Of a DNA stretch of 64,000 nucleotides, positions 9,294 to 19,272 are shown one piece after another. The first letter of the stretch is position 1; the number at the start of each line of letters is the position of its first letter. Under the pieces are notes generated by a model that had not been told where the DNA came from, made no database searches, and was given only the letters and a program-made list of their open reading frames with translations. The DNA lies in IMG/VR virus record IMGVR_UViG_3300021961_000025; one strand, given 5' to 3'. This DNA is from a virus. Both the position numbers and the translations under genes were made by a program.

Positions 9294-9491
9294 ATGGCTG
9301 ATAAAATCAAAGCTAAAGTTGATGAGTATCGTGGTTTGTTAAATCAGAAGAATAGTTATATGATTACTCTTCGTAACACCATTGCTCAAACACAAAAAGA
9401 AATTGACATGTTAACTGGTGCTGTACAAGCACTCGAACAAGTTATGGAACCTACAGAAGAAAAAGATGAGTCTAAAGCTGGACGAAAATAA
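9294..9491 (+). CDS. Small coiled-coil hypothetical protein
   Basis: GAGG RBS, after late promoter 9266. Confidence 0.55.
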   Translation: MADKIKAKVDEYRGLLNQKNSYMITLRNTIAQTQKEIDMLTGAVQALEQVMEPTEEKDESKAGRK

Positions 9492-9843
9492 CTTTTTAAA
9501 GGTTGCTACATCTCACTATGACAACCCTGCTTGTGTAAGCACGGAAGAAATTGAAGATGATTTAAAGCGATTTTTATATGTACGTAAACTGATTAATCGT
9601 TATAAAAAAGATAACGCACTCAGAGAACGACTCATATTAAATCACGTTATTATTATCTACAATTTATGGGAGAAGTTAGCAACTGATATGTTGTTCTTCA
9701 AGATTGATGAACAGGACTGGGACGTACTCGCTTCAGTCCTGATTTATCTTGGTAGATTACCTGATTTTATTCCAGGAACTACTACAAGAGCAACAGAACT
9801 AAAATACGATGAATACGTATTAAGAACGCTAAGGGAAATCTAA
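9466..9843 (+). CDS. Conserved T4-like hypothetical protein
   Basis: YDNP.C...EDLKRF..ERLILNH motif. Confidence 0.65.
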   Translation: MSLKLDENNFLKVATSHYDNPACVSTEEIEDDLKRFLYVRKLINRYKKDNALRERLILNHVIIIYNLWEKLATDMLFFKIDEQDWDVLASVLIYLGRLPDFIPGTTTRATELKYDEYVLRTLREI

Positions 9844-10583
9844 TGTCGAGAACAGTAGACAATTTAATATCATACCGAATACTTTATATGCTAGTCACAC
9901 CCTTTAATAAGACTAAGGCATATGAGTTGGGTATTATTGACGAGAAAGGTAAGATCTTACGTAAGGTATCAGAGTTAACAACTGGTGCTGAGAAAGATGC
10001 TTATTCCTATCTCCATCGTCTAGTGTTTTCATTAAAAAGATTATTGGGCAAACTTCCTGGAGGAAACTCTAGGATTGCCTCTCTTGCAGCAGCATATTAC
10101 TTAATTAAAGAATACTACGAAACTAACAAATCTCTAGTTGATCTTGAAGAAAGATTTGAATCTTTATCAGAACAACAAGTAACTTTAGTCGAAGAAGAAT
10201 TATTAATCAACGACTTTCTTATACACGAGTTTATTCAAGAGGATGCACCTGCTAATGTAACAGGTGCTGGGGTATCTACTGACCAACCTGTCATCCATGT
10301 TAAAAAGGGACGCAAATATGCAACCTTTAAAGTAAGTGATGATATCTTCCGAAGATTTACTCAAGGAAAGAAAAAGTTTAAGCGTTGGTCGGAGTACCTC
10401 AATATTGAGGATGAATACGAGTCTCAAATCTATAACTATGCGAAACGTAATCCAAAAGGTGTTTTAATTTTAAAAACCGATGAGGATAAAATTAAAGCCA
10501 TTCGTTTCAATCGTAATGGAGGTGGTGCTTGGAGCAAGATTCAAAGAAAGAGTAATATAGTTTCTACTGAAGTAGTGAGGTAG
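9843..10583 (+). CDS. Conserved T4-like hypothetical protein
   Basis: TPF.KT.AY.LGIIDEKG motif; coupled to previous gene. Confidence 0.65.
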   Translation: MSRTVDNLISYRILYMLVTPFNKTKAYELGIIDEKGKILRKVSELTTGAEKDAYSYLHRLVFSLKRLLGKLPGGNSRIASLAAAYYLIKEYYETNKSLVDLEERFESLSEQQVTLVEEELLINDFLIHEFIQEDAPANVTGAGVSTDQPVIHVKKGRKYATFKVSDDIFRRFTQGKKKFKRWSEYLNIEDEYESQIYNYAKRNPKGVLILKTDEDKIKAIRFNRNGGGAWSKIQRKSNIVSTEVVR

Positions 10584-10585
10584 AA

Positions 10586-11212
10586 ATGTTCGAATTCGTT
10601 TTTAGTTGGTTTAGCATAACAACATTATTGAGTCTGATTCCTGCGTTTTTAATTCAGGGATTAGTCATCGGTGGGCTGATTGCCTATTTTGTTTTAGGCA
10701 TTCCGTTTCCACTACCTTACAAATCATTATATCGTTTTGTTGCAGTCGTATCTATGTTGGTCGGTATTTGGCTAATGGGTGCAACTTGGAGCAATCGTGA
10801 AATGGTTGTTGAGATAAATAAACTGAAAGCAGAAATTGAGATGCTTGAAAAAGAAGCATCGATGGTAACTTCTGAAGTGAGAAAAGACTATGAACAAAAC
10901 AGAAAACAAATCGAAGACAATGGTAATGAAATCGCCAAACAAGTACCTAAGCTACTTAATGACGATGGTGTTGTTCAGTGCGATCTTGATCCTAACGTCA
11001 GGTTGCTCCACGACAGTGCCATTAAAAATGCGGTTCCCAACACCACCAGACGTGCTGATGGAGACACCGAAAAAACTGGAACAGTTACCCAACAAGAGTT
11101 AATGGGTACTGTTGTTAATAACTATACATCTTGTAATGAAGTGCGTGCTCAATTAGAAGCACTGCAAAAGTGGGTAAAAGAGATGGAGAGGATTTACACA
11201 GATGGCAAATGA
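10586..11212 (+). CDS. i-spanin (Rz-like)
   Basis: N-terminal transmembrane segments, periplasmic coiled coil, Rz-like C-terminus (QLEALQKWV); contains embedded lipoprotein ORF. Confidence 0.7.
   Translation: MFEFVFSWFSITTLLSLIPAFLIQGLVIGGLIAYFVLGIPFPLPYKSLYRFVAVVSMLVGIWLMGATWSNREMVVEINKLKAEIEMLEKEASMVTSEVRKDYEQNRKQIEDNGNEIAKQVPKLLNDDGVVQCDLDPNVRLLHDSAIKNAVPNTTRRADGDTEKTGTVTQQELMGTVVNNYTSCNEVRAQLEALQKWVKEMERIYTDGK
10926..11102 (+). CDS. o-spanin (Rz1-like lipoprotein) embedded in +1 frame
   Basis: Signal peptide with lipobox-like LTSG|C followed by Pro-rich segment; start 10920 or 10926. Confidence 0.7.
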   Translation: MKSPNKYLSYLMTMVLFSAILILTSGCSTTVPLKMRFPTPPDVLMETPKKLEQLPNKS

Positions 11213-11627
11213 GAAAGTAGAAGCAGAAGTAACTTTTCTGAAGAAGGTAGTCGATAAACTTGACACTTCTATAGAAAAGATTACTGATACGTCTGCGCAA
11301 ATTTCTAAATTACTTGCTGTTCACGATACAAGATTAGATAGTCAAGATAAACGTGACGAACGCATTGAAGACGAAATTAAAATTTTGCATGGTCGTATCA
11401 CAGAAAATAGTAAAGAAGTTATTAGTGCATTGCACGAAGTAGAACATCGTTTAGCAGATGCTGCACTAGATCAGCATCAAGATCTACATAAAGATATACA
11501 TATGGTCGGAGATCGTGTAAACGATTTAGAAAAATGGAAGTGGTATATTATGGGTGGTATTGCAGTATTCATCGCATTCATTTCTTCCACTGACATTGCA
11601 AGTTTTATCGCAAATTTATTCAAATAA
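11202..11627 (+). CDS. Coiled-coil protein with C-terminal TM helix (holin-like candidate)
   Basis: LEKWKWYIMGG + hydrophobic tail; next to spanins. Confidence 0.45.
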   Translation: MANEKVEAEVTFLKKVVDKLDTSIEKITDTSAQISKLLAVHDTRLDSQDKRDERIEDEIKILHGRITENSKEVISALHEVEHRLADAALDQHQDLHKDIHMVGDRVNDLEKWKWYIMGGIAVFIAFISSTDIASFIANLFK

Positions 11628-11649
11628 CATAACCTACAATATTCTAAAG

Positions 11650-11676
11650 AAGGGATCTTTAACGGATCCCTTTTTT
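11650..11676 (+). terminator. Intrinsic terminator
   Basis: AGGGATC/GATCCCT stem + T run, ends late gene block. Confidence 0.8.
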
Positions 11677-11757
11677 ATTTGTCCTGCAAGTTTGACTGCA
11701 GTAGAATAGTCGGTGTTAGGGTTGAAGCTGATATTAATACTATGTTACAGATTTATG

Positions 11758-11786
11758 TTGACTTTTGTTGAAAGATGTAGTATAAT
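11758..11786 (+). promoter_or_regulatory. Early promoter
   Basis: TTGACT-N17-TATAAT. Confidence 0.85.
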
Positions 11787-11814
11787 AATCGTAAATTATT
11801 GAGAGATCTATTGA

Positions 11815-12846
11815 ATGCTTTATATTGATGCGAAATACGCTAGTATGTTACAACCTCGTGTTCGTAACTTCAAACAGCTAAAAGATTACCTATGGAACTT
11901 CTCTTGTCCAGTTTGTGGTGATAGTAAAAAGAACAAACTAAAAGCAAGAGCATACATCTATCGTAAGAAGAACGATCTATTTGTTAAATGCCATAACTGT
12001 GCTTATGGTTCGAACATTGGTAACTTTATTAAGTTTATTGATGTATCGTTATATGATGCCTATGCACTAGAGCGATTTTCACAAGGCACACATCGTTCGA
12101 ACGATCATAAGGTTCCAGACTTCTTTGAACAATTTAAAGAGGAGCCTATGTTAGAAGAAAAGATTGAGGACGAGTTACTCTCTACTCTACGTTGTATTGA
12201 CGATCTAAAAGAAGATCATCCTATACGTCAATACTGTATTAATCGTAAGATACCTCTTGCGAGTTTAAAAAATTTATACTACACATCAAAGTTTTTTGAT
12301 TGGGTAAACAATAACATCGTCTGGAAGTTTCCAGAAATCGGTGGCGACCATCCACGTCTTGTCATACCTTTTATTGATGAGCATGGTCGAGTTATTGCAA
12401 TTACTGGTAGAGCATTCGGTGAAGAGAAACCTAAGTATTATACCATTAAGGTAAAAGAAAACGCACCAAAAATTTTTGGGCTAGAACGTATTAATTATGC
12501 AAAGACTGTGCATGTGGTTGAAGGACCAATCGATAGTTTGTTCTTGCCTAATTGTATTGCTGTTGCTGGTAGTGACTTTGATACTATAGAAGTCCAAGCC
12601 ATTAAGAGCAATGTAATATTGATACCTGATAACGAGCCACGAAATAAAGAGATCGTTAAGATGGTAAACAAATATATAGAAAACGACTATCGTGTTGTGA
12701 TGTTTCCTGACACAGTCGTTGAAAAAGATATTAATGAGATGATACTTGCAGGAAAGACTTCCGAAGATATTATGTCACTAATTAACACTAACGTGTATTC
12801 TGGTATGGAAGCACAAATGAGGTTTAGTCAATGGAAGAAATGTTAA
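11815..12846 (+). CDS. gp61: DNA primase (T4 gp61-like)
   Basis: CPVCGDS..CHNC zinc finger, EGPIDS TOPRIM, DNEPRN, KDINEM. Confidence 0.95.
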   Translation: MLYIDAKYASMLQPRVRNFKQLKDYLWNFSCPVCGDSKKNKLKARAYIYRKKNDLFVKCHNCAYGSNIGNFIKFIDVSLYDAYALERFSQGTHRSNDHKVPDFFEQFKEEPMLEEKIEDELLSTLRCIDDLKEDHPIRQYCINRKIPLASLKNLYYTSKFFDWVNNNIVWKFPEIGGDHPRLVIPFIDEHGRVIAITGRAFGEEKPKYYTIKVKENAPKIFGLERINYAKTVHVVEGPIDSLFLPNCIAVAGSDFDTIEVQAIKSNVILIPDNEPRNKEIVKMVNKYIENDYRVVMFPDTVVEKDINEMILAGKTSEDIMSLINTNVYSGMEAQMRFSQWKKC

Positions 12847-13214
12847 ATTACGACTTTGATTTTAAAGTCGATGGGTCGATGGTAAGAAATTATAGTGTTG
12901 CGTGTAGCGACAAAAACCCAATACATTTTTCTCCACACAATGTAGTTCCTGGAGGATTGATTACTGGACTACTACTAAGTAATCCTGTGGACAATTATTA
13001 CATTCGTAAAATAGAAATTAAGTTTTTGAATGTAACATACTATCCTGCTACAATAAACGTTAAACGAAAAGTAACTTCCTACAAAATAGGAAAATCTGGA
13101 ATACGTGCACAGATGGTAATGAGTGCATTCGTTAATGGCGAATGTGTTTGTGAAGCATCTGGTGAAGTATTCAAACCCAACGAGGAGTTCTATGACAGAA
13201 TCAAAGGTAATTGA
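12840..13214 (+). CDS. MaoC/hotdog-fold (R)-hydratase/dehydratase
   Basis: YS..SDKNPIH hydratase-2 motif, VVPGGL, F...Y.P. Confidence 0.7.
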   Translation: MLNYDFDFKVDGSMVRNYSVACSDKNPIHFSPHNVVPGGLITGLLLSNPVDNYYIRKIEIKFLNVTYYPATINVKRKVTSYKIGKSGIRAQMVMSAFVNGECVCEASGEVFKPNEEFYDRIKGN

Positions 13215-13551
13215 TATGACAAAAATACGTGAACAAAAAGATTTCGAAGCAAAACAAAAAGAAGCGATTGAAGAACAAAATACAATTATGCAACCAATCT
13301 ATCAATCGTTAATGAGAATTAAGAATCCTAAAATGGCAATCAATGCTGCACAAGCATTAATTACTGTAGGTAAGGATTTACTTTTACTTGAAACTGGAGA
13401 AGCAAACACAAGAGCATTTATTTCAAATATGAAAATGGATACTCCAGAGATGGTAAAGGCACAAAGACAAGCTGAAGCAAAACAGGCTGTCGAGGATCTA
13501 AAAGAAAAAGTATCCAAGTTAGAAGTCGAAGACCCACAAAACCTACATTAA
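13192..13551 (+). CDS. Hypothetical protein
   Basis: GAGGAG RBS, ORF. Confidence 0.55.
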   Translation: MTESKVIDMTKIREQKDFEAKQKEAIEEQNTIMQPIYQSLMRIKNPKMAINAAQALITVGKDLLLLETGEANTRAFISNMKMDTPEMVKAQRQAEAKQAVEDLKEKVSKLEVEDPQNLH

Positions 13552-13570
13552 TTTAAGAAGGAATTTTATA

Positions 13571-14254
13571 ATGAACGTGAGATTGATCTCTTATTCTATG
13601 CCACCTAAAGATGCATTTATTGGCTTAGATAATCTTATGGATATTATTGCCTATTGTGCACGAGTATCTAATCCCAGCAATCAAATGAATAATGAAACTG
13701 CTGAGAAGTTAATTAAATACTTGATTAAGCATCAGCATTGGTCTCCTCTTGAGATGGTCAGTGCTTGTTTAGAGATTAATACGACTAGAGATATCGCACA
13801 TCAGATTGTGCGTCATCGTTCGTTTAGTTTCCAAGAGTTTTCACAGCGTTATGCTGATCCTGCAGACATGGGTAATCAATTTGTTATTCGTGATGCACGA
13901 CTACAAGATTTAAAGAATCGTCAAAACAGCATTGAAACAGAAAATGTTGAACTTCACCATCAATGGATTGAACGTCAACAAGCTGTTATTGAATTGGCTA
14001 AAGCCACATACGAATGGGCAATCTCTGAAGGGATTGCGAAAGAACAGGCTCGAGTAATTTTACCTGAGGGTAATACCAAATCTCGACTGTATATGAACGG
14101 AACTTTGCGTTCTTGGATTCACTACATTCAGTTACGTAGTGCACACGGAACACAAAAGGAACATATGGAAATTGCGAAGGAATGTGCGTGTGTTATTGCC
14201 AGCATATTTCCTCTTATTAAGGACTTGTTAAATGACGAAACACAAAGTAGTTGA
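13571..14254 (+). CDS. thyX: FAD-dependent thymidylate synthase
   Basis: HWSPLE, RHRSFSFQEFSQRY signature, TQKEH. Confidence 0.95.
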   Translation: MNVRLISYSMPPKDAFIGLDNLMDIIAYCARVSNPSNQMNNETAEKLIKYLIKHQHWSPLEMVSACLEINTTRDIAHQIVRHRSFSFQEFSQRYADPADMGNQFVIRDARLQDLKNRQNSIETENVELHHQWIERQQAVIELAKATYEWAISEGIAKEQARVILPEGNTKSRLYMNGTLRSWIHYIQLRSAHGTQKEHMEIAKECACVIASIFPLIKDLLNDETQSS

Positions 14255-14462
14255 AGCAGGAAGTTTAGCTAGATATTTTGCAACCATGCTATTAACATTC
14301 GTAGCTGGTGTAATTTGTGGTGGGTTATTGTTAGTAGATGATCATCCGTACGATCGTTGTATGCTAACTTATACTGTACCAGAAGATATTATTGAATGTG
14401 TATGGCTTTTACAAAGTAACACTACTCCAGAAGTTACTGTTGGAAATGCACACAGATGGTAA
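14232..14462 (+). CDS. Small membrane hypothetical protein
   Basis: One TM segment. Confidence 0.45.
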   Translation: MTKHKVVEAGSLARYFATMLLTFVAGVICGGLLLVDDHPYDRCMLTYTVPEDIIECVWLLQSNTTPEVTVGNAHRW

Positions 14463-14469
14463 TGTATAC

Positions 14470-14493
14470 TTGCATCAATTTGTAGAGTATACT
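14470..14493 (+). promoter_or_regulatory. Putative middle-type promoter
   Basis: TTGCAT-N12-TATACT; same geometry at 11684, 27059, 37593, 48335, 51748, 54873, 60448. Confidence 0.55.
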
Positions 14494-14514
14494 AACAGAA
14501 ATAAATGAGGAAAC

Positions 14515-14715
14515 ATGCTTAAAAAATTTAGAGATGGCTTAGTCAAATTTTCGGCGAAGATTGCTAGCTATCACGAAAGGTTTTTTACTTACCTTGCTAA
14601 AAGAAGCAAAACAAGTATATGGTTTACATTTTTATTAGTGTTCATGGCATTCTATGAACTTGTAGAGCATTTTATTATACCACTAGCACTATTATGGTTT
14701 GGATTAACTAGATGA
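14515..14715 (+). CDS. Small membrane protein
   Basis: GAGG RBS; hydrophobic C-terminal half. Confidence 0.55.
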   Translation: MLKKFRDGLVKFSAKIASYHERFFTYLAKRSKTSIWFTFLLVFMAFYELVEHFIIPLALLWFGLTR

Positions 14716-15275
14716 ACGAATGGAAAGATTATACGTATAAAGAGGTTGACGGAAAACCTATTCACATTTTCGACAATCTTTTTACAATGGTTGAGAGAGA
14801 AAAACTATATCAGTTTTGTAAATCTCAATACTTCACTACTCTAGGTAGTGACACAGATCGTCTAGAGTACAAAGGCGATTATAATCTTTACTCAGATATC
14901 TTAACAAATTTAGAAAATAGTGGCTTTCTTTCACTAGAAAATGCTAAATACTTTTTACCACTCTTAAAGGACTATTCAATTATTCAGGCTCGTGTCAATC
15001 TATCAACGATGCACGATAGAAACAGATTTCATTGTGATGCTGCTGGGAGCAATGATGTAAGGACGATATTATATTATCCCAATATGGAATGGAATAAAGA
15101 TTGGGGTGGTTATACTCTTTTTACAAATCAACAGAGTAATGCTTTAGAGTATTGCTCATTTTATATTCCTGGAAGGACGATTATATTCGATGGAACAATC
15201 CCACACTGCATTAGCGCACCAAGTATCACAGCCCCAACGTACAGATTCAGTTTCGTTGTACAATATTACAGATAG
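14712..15275 (+). CDS. Fe(II)/2OG oxygenase (prolyl-4-hydroxylase-like)
   Basis: HCD..TILYYPN.EW..DWGG.T.F..FDG.IPH..R. Confidence 0.85.
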   Translation: MNEWKDYTYKEVDGKPIHIFDNLFTMVEREKLYQFCKSQYFTTLGSDTDRLEYKGDYNLYSDILTNLENSGFLSLENAKYFLPLLKDYSIIQARVNLSTMHDRNRFHCDAAGSNDVRTILYYPNMEWNKDWGGYTLFTNQQSNALEYCSFYIPGRTIIFDGTIPHCISAPSITAPTYRFSFVVQYYR

Positions 15276-15279
15276 CAAT

Positions 15280-17082
15280 ATGACACAATTAAATTCAATT
15301 CATGGTATTACCATAAACTACAATCGTGATCAGCTTTTTGACCAAGCTGGTTTAACACGTATGAAAGAGTCATATATGCGAGAAGATGAGCAATCTCCGC
15401 AACAACGATTCGCATTCGTTTCTAAAACGTTTTCATCAAATCAAGAACATGCTCAACGTCTTTATGACTACAGTTCTAAACACTGGTTGTCTTACGCAAC
15501 ACCGATCCTATCTTACGGTAGATCTAAACGTGGACTACCTATTTCTTGTTTCCTTAATTACATTGAGGATACTGCTGAGGGATTAGTTGAGAATCTATCA
15601 GAAACTAACTGGTTATCAATGATGGGAGGTGGAGTTGGAATTGGCTTTGGTATTCGTTCTGCCGATGATAAATCTACTGGTGTTATGCCTCATCTTAAAA
15701 TTTACGACGCATCATCACTGGCTTATCGTCAGGGTAGGACTCGTCGTGGTAGTTATGCTGCATATCTTAACATTAGCCATCCTGATATTGTTCCATTCTT
15801 AGAAATGCGTAAACCAACTGGAGATCAAAATCTTCGTTGTTTGAATATGCATCACGGAATTAATATCACGAATGACTTTATGGAAATCATCGAAGAATGT
15901 ATGATTGATCCAACAGCTGATGATAAGTGGGCACTTAAAGATCCACATAGTGGCGTAATTAGAGATTACGTTTCTGCAAAAGAACTATGGCAAAAGATTA
16001 TTGAATTGCGTATGCAAACTGGCGAGCCATATATTCATTACATCGATCATTCAAACGATGCAATGCCAGAACATCTTAAAAAATTAGGATTAAAAGTACA
16101 TCAATCAAATTTATGTTCAGAAATTATTTTACCGACTAACGAAAAGAGAACAGCAGTTTGTTGTTTATCTTCTCTTAATCTAGAATACTTTGACGAATGG
16201 TCACAAGATCCTCAGTTCCTACAAGACGTAGCTGAGATGTTAGATAACGTTCTTCAGTTCTTTATTGACAATGCACCTGATGCTATTTCTCGTGCACGTT
16301 ATTCTGCTGAACGTGAAAGATCTATTGGTATTGGTGCTTTAGGTTTCCATGCTTATTTACAAAAGAATAATGTTCCATGGGAGTCTGCTCCAGCTACTGG
16401 TATTAATCATAAAGTATTTGGACATATTAAAACAGGATTAGATGCAGCAAACTTTGCACTAGGTAAAGCAAGAGGTGAGGCTCCAGATGCAGTAGGCACT
16501 GGTCGTCGTTTTAGTCATATGATGGCTATTGCTCCGAACGCATCCTCTTCTATTCTAATGGGTAATACTTCACCAAGTATTGAGCCATTCCGTGCAAACG
16601 CATATCGTCAAGATACGTTAAGTGGCGCATCAACAAATAAAAACAAATACCTTTCTGAGATTATCAGACAGGAATGTGCAAAGAATCCAAAACTAGACGA
16701 ACAAGAAATCTGGTCTAGCATTATTGCTAACGATGGAAGTGTTCAACATCTAGAATGGATGGATGAGTGGAATAAAGAAGTATTTAAAACAGCGATGGAA
16801 ATCGATCAACGTTGGGTTATTCAACACGCATCAGATCGTCAGAAGTATGTTGACCAAGCACAATCGGTTAATCTATTCTTCCGTCCAGATGCTCATCTTA
16901 CTTATCTTCATGCTTGTCATTTCCAAGCATGGAAACAAAAACTTAAAACTCTTTACTACTGTCGTAGTGAAAAGATTGGTAGAGCCGATCGAGTTAGTAA
17001 ACGTATTGAAAGAGAAATTATCGAAGAGATTGATTTACGTGCACTAGCAGAGGGTGAAGCCTGTATTGCTTGCGAAGGATAA
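15280..17082 (+). CDS. nrdA: Ribonucleotide reductase class I alpha subunit
   Basis: ISCF, SNLCSEI, APNASSS, DQAQSVN, TLYY, C-terminal CIACEG. Confidence 0.95.
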   Translation: MTQLNSIHGITINYNRDQLFDQAGLTRMKESYMREDEQSPQQRFAFVSKTFSSNQEHAQRLYDYSSKHWLSYATPILSYGRSKRGLPISCFLNYIEDTAEGLVENLSETNWLSMMGGGVGIGFGIRSADDKSTGVMPHLKIYDASSLAYRQGRTRRGSYAAYLNISHPDIVPFLEMRKPTGDQNLRCLNMHHGINITNDFMEIIEECMIDPTADDKWALKDPHSGVIRDYVSAKELWQKIIELRMQTGEPYIHYIDHSNDAMPEHLKKLGLKVHQSNLCSEIILPTNEKRTAVCCLSSLNLEYFDEWSQDPQFLQDVAEMLDNVLQFFIDNAPDAISRARYSAERERSIGIGALGFHAYLQKNNVPWESAPATGINHKVFGHIKTGLDAANFALGKARGEAPDAVGTGRRFSHMMAIAPNASSSILMGNTSPSIEPFRANAYRQDTLSGASTNKNKYLSEIIRQECAKNPKLDEQEIWSSIIANDGSVQHLEWMDEWNKEVFKTAMEIDQRWVIQHASDRQKYVDQAQSVNLFFRPDAHLTYLHACHFQAWKQKLKTLYYCRSEKIGRADRVSKRIEREIIEEIDLRALAEGEACIACEG

Positions 17083-17084
17083 TT

Positions 17085-17288
17085 ATGATTGAATTTATAG
17101 TATGGGTGTGGCTAGGTACTGCGTATGATACACCTCCAGTTAAGGTAGGAATATTTGATAATTGCAAAGAGGGATCAAGAGTAGCACGAGAAATGTATCC
17201 TAATCACGTAGCAATGCATTGTATTCTACCGATATATAATCCTCCAGGAGTGTCTAATCCTGAGGGAGTTGTAGGAGTTAGTCTATGA
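17085..17288 (+). CDS. Small hypothetical protein
   Basis: AAGGA RBS, ORF. Confidence 0.5.
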   Translation: MIEFIVWVWLGTAYDTPPVKVGIFDNCKEGSRVAREMYPNHVAMHCILPIYNPPGVSNPEGVVGVSL

Positions 17289-17677
17289 TTAAAAAAATAG
17301 TATTGCTATGTAGTATTGTATTAATTACAGGGTGTAGCACTCTGAATAGTCTTTTGCCATCTCCATGGGATGACAATGAGATGATGTATATTGCTACGTT
17401 ACAATATGAAGTTCGAAAGATTCAATGTGAGGGTGATAAATCTCACGAGACTATCGAACAAGTATGGGCAACCAAAGAAAAGTTATGGTGGTACGCACAA
17501 GCAGCAAGACATGCTGATGTTGTGAACTTAATTGAGCCATATCACCAATCAATGGTAGGACTTTATGAACAGTCAAAAGCAGGGAAACTTCGTAAACCTT
17601 ATTGTGTGAATAAAGTTACTATATTAACAACACAAACTGATATGATCGCTGAGGCTCTTGCGTCAAGAAATAGATAA
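17285..17677 (+). CDS. Lipoprotein
   Basis: Signal peptide with LITG|C lipobox. Confidence 0.65.
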   Translation: MIKKIVLLCSIVLITGCSTLNSLLPSPWDDNEMMYIATLQYEVRKIQCEGDKSHETIEQVWATKEKLWWYAQAARHADVVNLIEPYHQSMVGLYEQSKAGKLRKPYCVNKVTILTTQTDMIAEALASRNR

Positions 17678-17720
17678 TATGTTAGACGGAGAATATGGAA
17701 GTTATTATGGAGAAAAGAAA

Positions 17721-17969
17721 ATGAACAAAGTAAAAGTATACAGTACACAACATTGCAGTTATTGCGTACAAGCAAAGAACTACTTGCAATCTAATGGCAT
17801 TGACTATGAATCAGTAATGATTGATGAGAATATTGATGCTGCAAAATTAATGATGTCTAAAGGACTACGTACTGTTCCACAAATCTTTATTGGAGAGGAA
17901 CATATCGGTGGTTATGATAAACTAAGACTCCTAAGTAAAGATGACTTACAAGCTAAAATAGGAGTATAA
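17721..17969 (+). CDS. Glutaredoxin
   Basis: CSYC active site, TVPQIF, IGGYD. Confidence 0.92.
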   Translation: MNKVKVYSTQHCSYCVQAKNYLQSNGIDYESVMIDENIDAAKLMMSKGLRTVPQIFIGEEHIGGYDKLRLLSKDDLQAKIGV

Positions 17970-17970
17970 T

Positions 17971-18219
17971 ATGTCCATGTTTATAACAAAAGAACTTGGT
18001 AAAATGGCAGATACGTCTGAAGATGCTTGGATTGCAGAACGAGCAAAACTGGCATTAAAGTTTAAAGAAGAACTTGATAATGGTATTTTAAACGAGTGGG
18101 AATTTAAAGACTTAATGGAAGATCTTATTCGTACCGACCAAATCAAAGACTCTGCTGATAAAATGAAGTTAAAAGCAAATATAGAAAAATTAATTACGTT
18201 GGCGATGAATGCTATTTAA
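17971..18219 (+). CDS. Hypothetical protein
   Basis: GGAG RBS, ORF. Confidence 0.5.
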   Translation: MSMFITKELGKMADTSEDAWIAERAKLALKFKEELDNGILNEWEFKDLMEDLIRTDQIKDSADKMKLKANIEKLITLAMNAI

Positions 18220-18907
18220 TGTTAGATCAGTACCATCATTTTTAAGTGATGAAGAAGTTATAGAAGTTAGAAAAAAGGTTCATTACTTAAAACCTTTTTG
18301 GCGACACATTAAAGATTTTCCTATTGCGAAGTCTGCGATGTTATTAGCCAAACAAGATCCGAATTTATATAAGAGTGCAGAGAATCAACACTTTCTTGGT
18401 GATTCTTTGTATGTGATTGAGAAACTCGAAGAAATCAACTGGGAGATACAACAGAGTATCAACTACCATTTCTCGCCATTGTATGATAAACTACAAACTA
18501 CTATCGGCGAGATTACAGGTATACCAGCTGAATATATTTCGAGTATGGCTGTTCCAGGATTCCATGTGTTTCATGGACAGCAAAGACCACATCCTTTTGA
18601 ATGGCATATTGATACAACGATATGCAGATTTGATAGGAAGTATAAACCAGAAAATGTCTACTCGTTTTTGTGTTTGATTGAATCCCCAGAAGATCCAGCT
18701 GGACTTGAGTACAAGGACACTACGGATTGGGACAGTCATGAAGATCTAGAAACGAAGATATTTACCTATGACTTAGGAACACTCTTTATGTGGAAAGGAG
18801 ATCGTATTCATCGTATGAAACGATTTGCCATGAAAGAGGGCGAAAGCAGAATAACACTACAAGGACATTTTGTAGTGCACGATGGGAAGGCATTGATACA
18901 CTGGTAG
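18209..18907 (+). CDS. Fe(II)/2OG oxygenase
   Basis: PGFHVF..WHID..GL..IHR..RITLQGH. Confidence 0.8.
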   Translation: MLFNVRSVPSFLSDEEVIEVRKKVHYLKPFWRHIKDFPIAKSAMLLAKQDPNLYKSAENQHFLGDSLYVIEKLEEINWEIQQSINYHFSPLYDKLQTTIGEITGIPAEYISSMAVPGFHVFHGQQRPHPFEWHIDTTICRFDRKYKPENVYSFLCLIESPEDPAGLEYKDTTDWDSHEDLETKIFTYDLGTLFMWKGDRIHRMKRFAMKEGESRITLQGHFVVHDGKALIHW

Positions 18908-18917
18908 AAAGGAACGC

Positions 18918-19079
18918 ATGTCTGCGCAAGCAGGATGGGGACTATTCTTTTTAGGTATTATGTTATATCCTTTAATAATGTATGGGATATTTGTTTTTGA
19001 ACGACATGTTGAAGAAGATAAAAAAAGAAAAGAAGAATGGAAGAAAAACCCACTCTACGACTTTTATAATCGAGATTAA
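18918..19079 (+). CDS. Small membrane protein (not in ORF track)
   Basis: AAGGA RBS; MSAQAGWGLFFLG.. 53 aa. Confidence 0.45.
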   Translation: MSAQAGWGLFFLGIMLYPLIMYGIFVFERHVEEDKKRKEEWKKNPLYDFYNRD

Positions 19080-19082
19080 ATT

Positions 19083-19271
19083 ATGATAAGATGGTTGTTA
19101 TGGCAAATACCAAGATACAGAGGTTTACATTACGTAATCTATTTGTATCTTGGTATAATTGTTATCCCTGCAGTTTTTGGTGTACAATATACACCAGCTA
19201 GTTTATTAACACAGTTTTTAATGTTAGATTTTTTCTACTATATAATGGCAAGAAAACAGATCGGTAAATAG
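19083..19271 (+). CDS. Small membrane protein
   Basis: Two hydrophobic segments. Confidence 0.5.
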   Translation: MIRWLLWQIPRYRGLHYVIYLYLGIIVIPAVFGVQYTPASLLTQFLMLDFFYYIMARKQIGK

Positions 19272-19272
19272 A

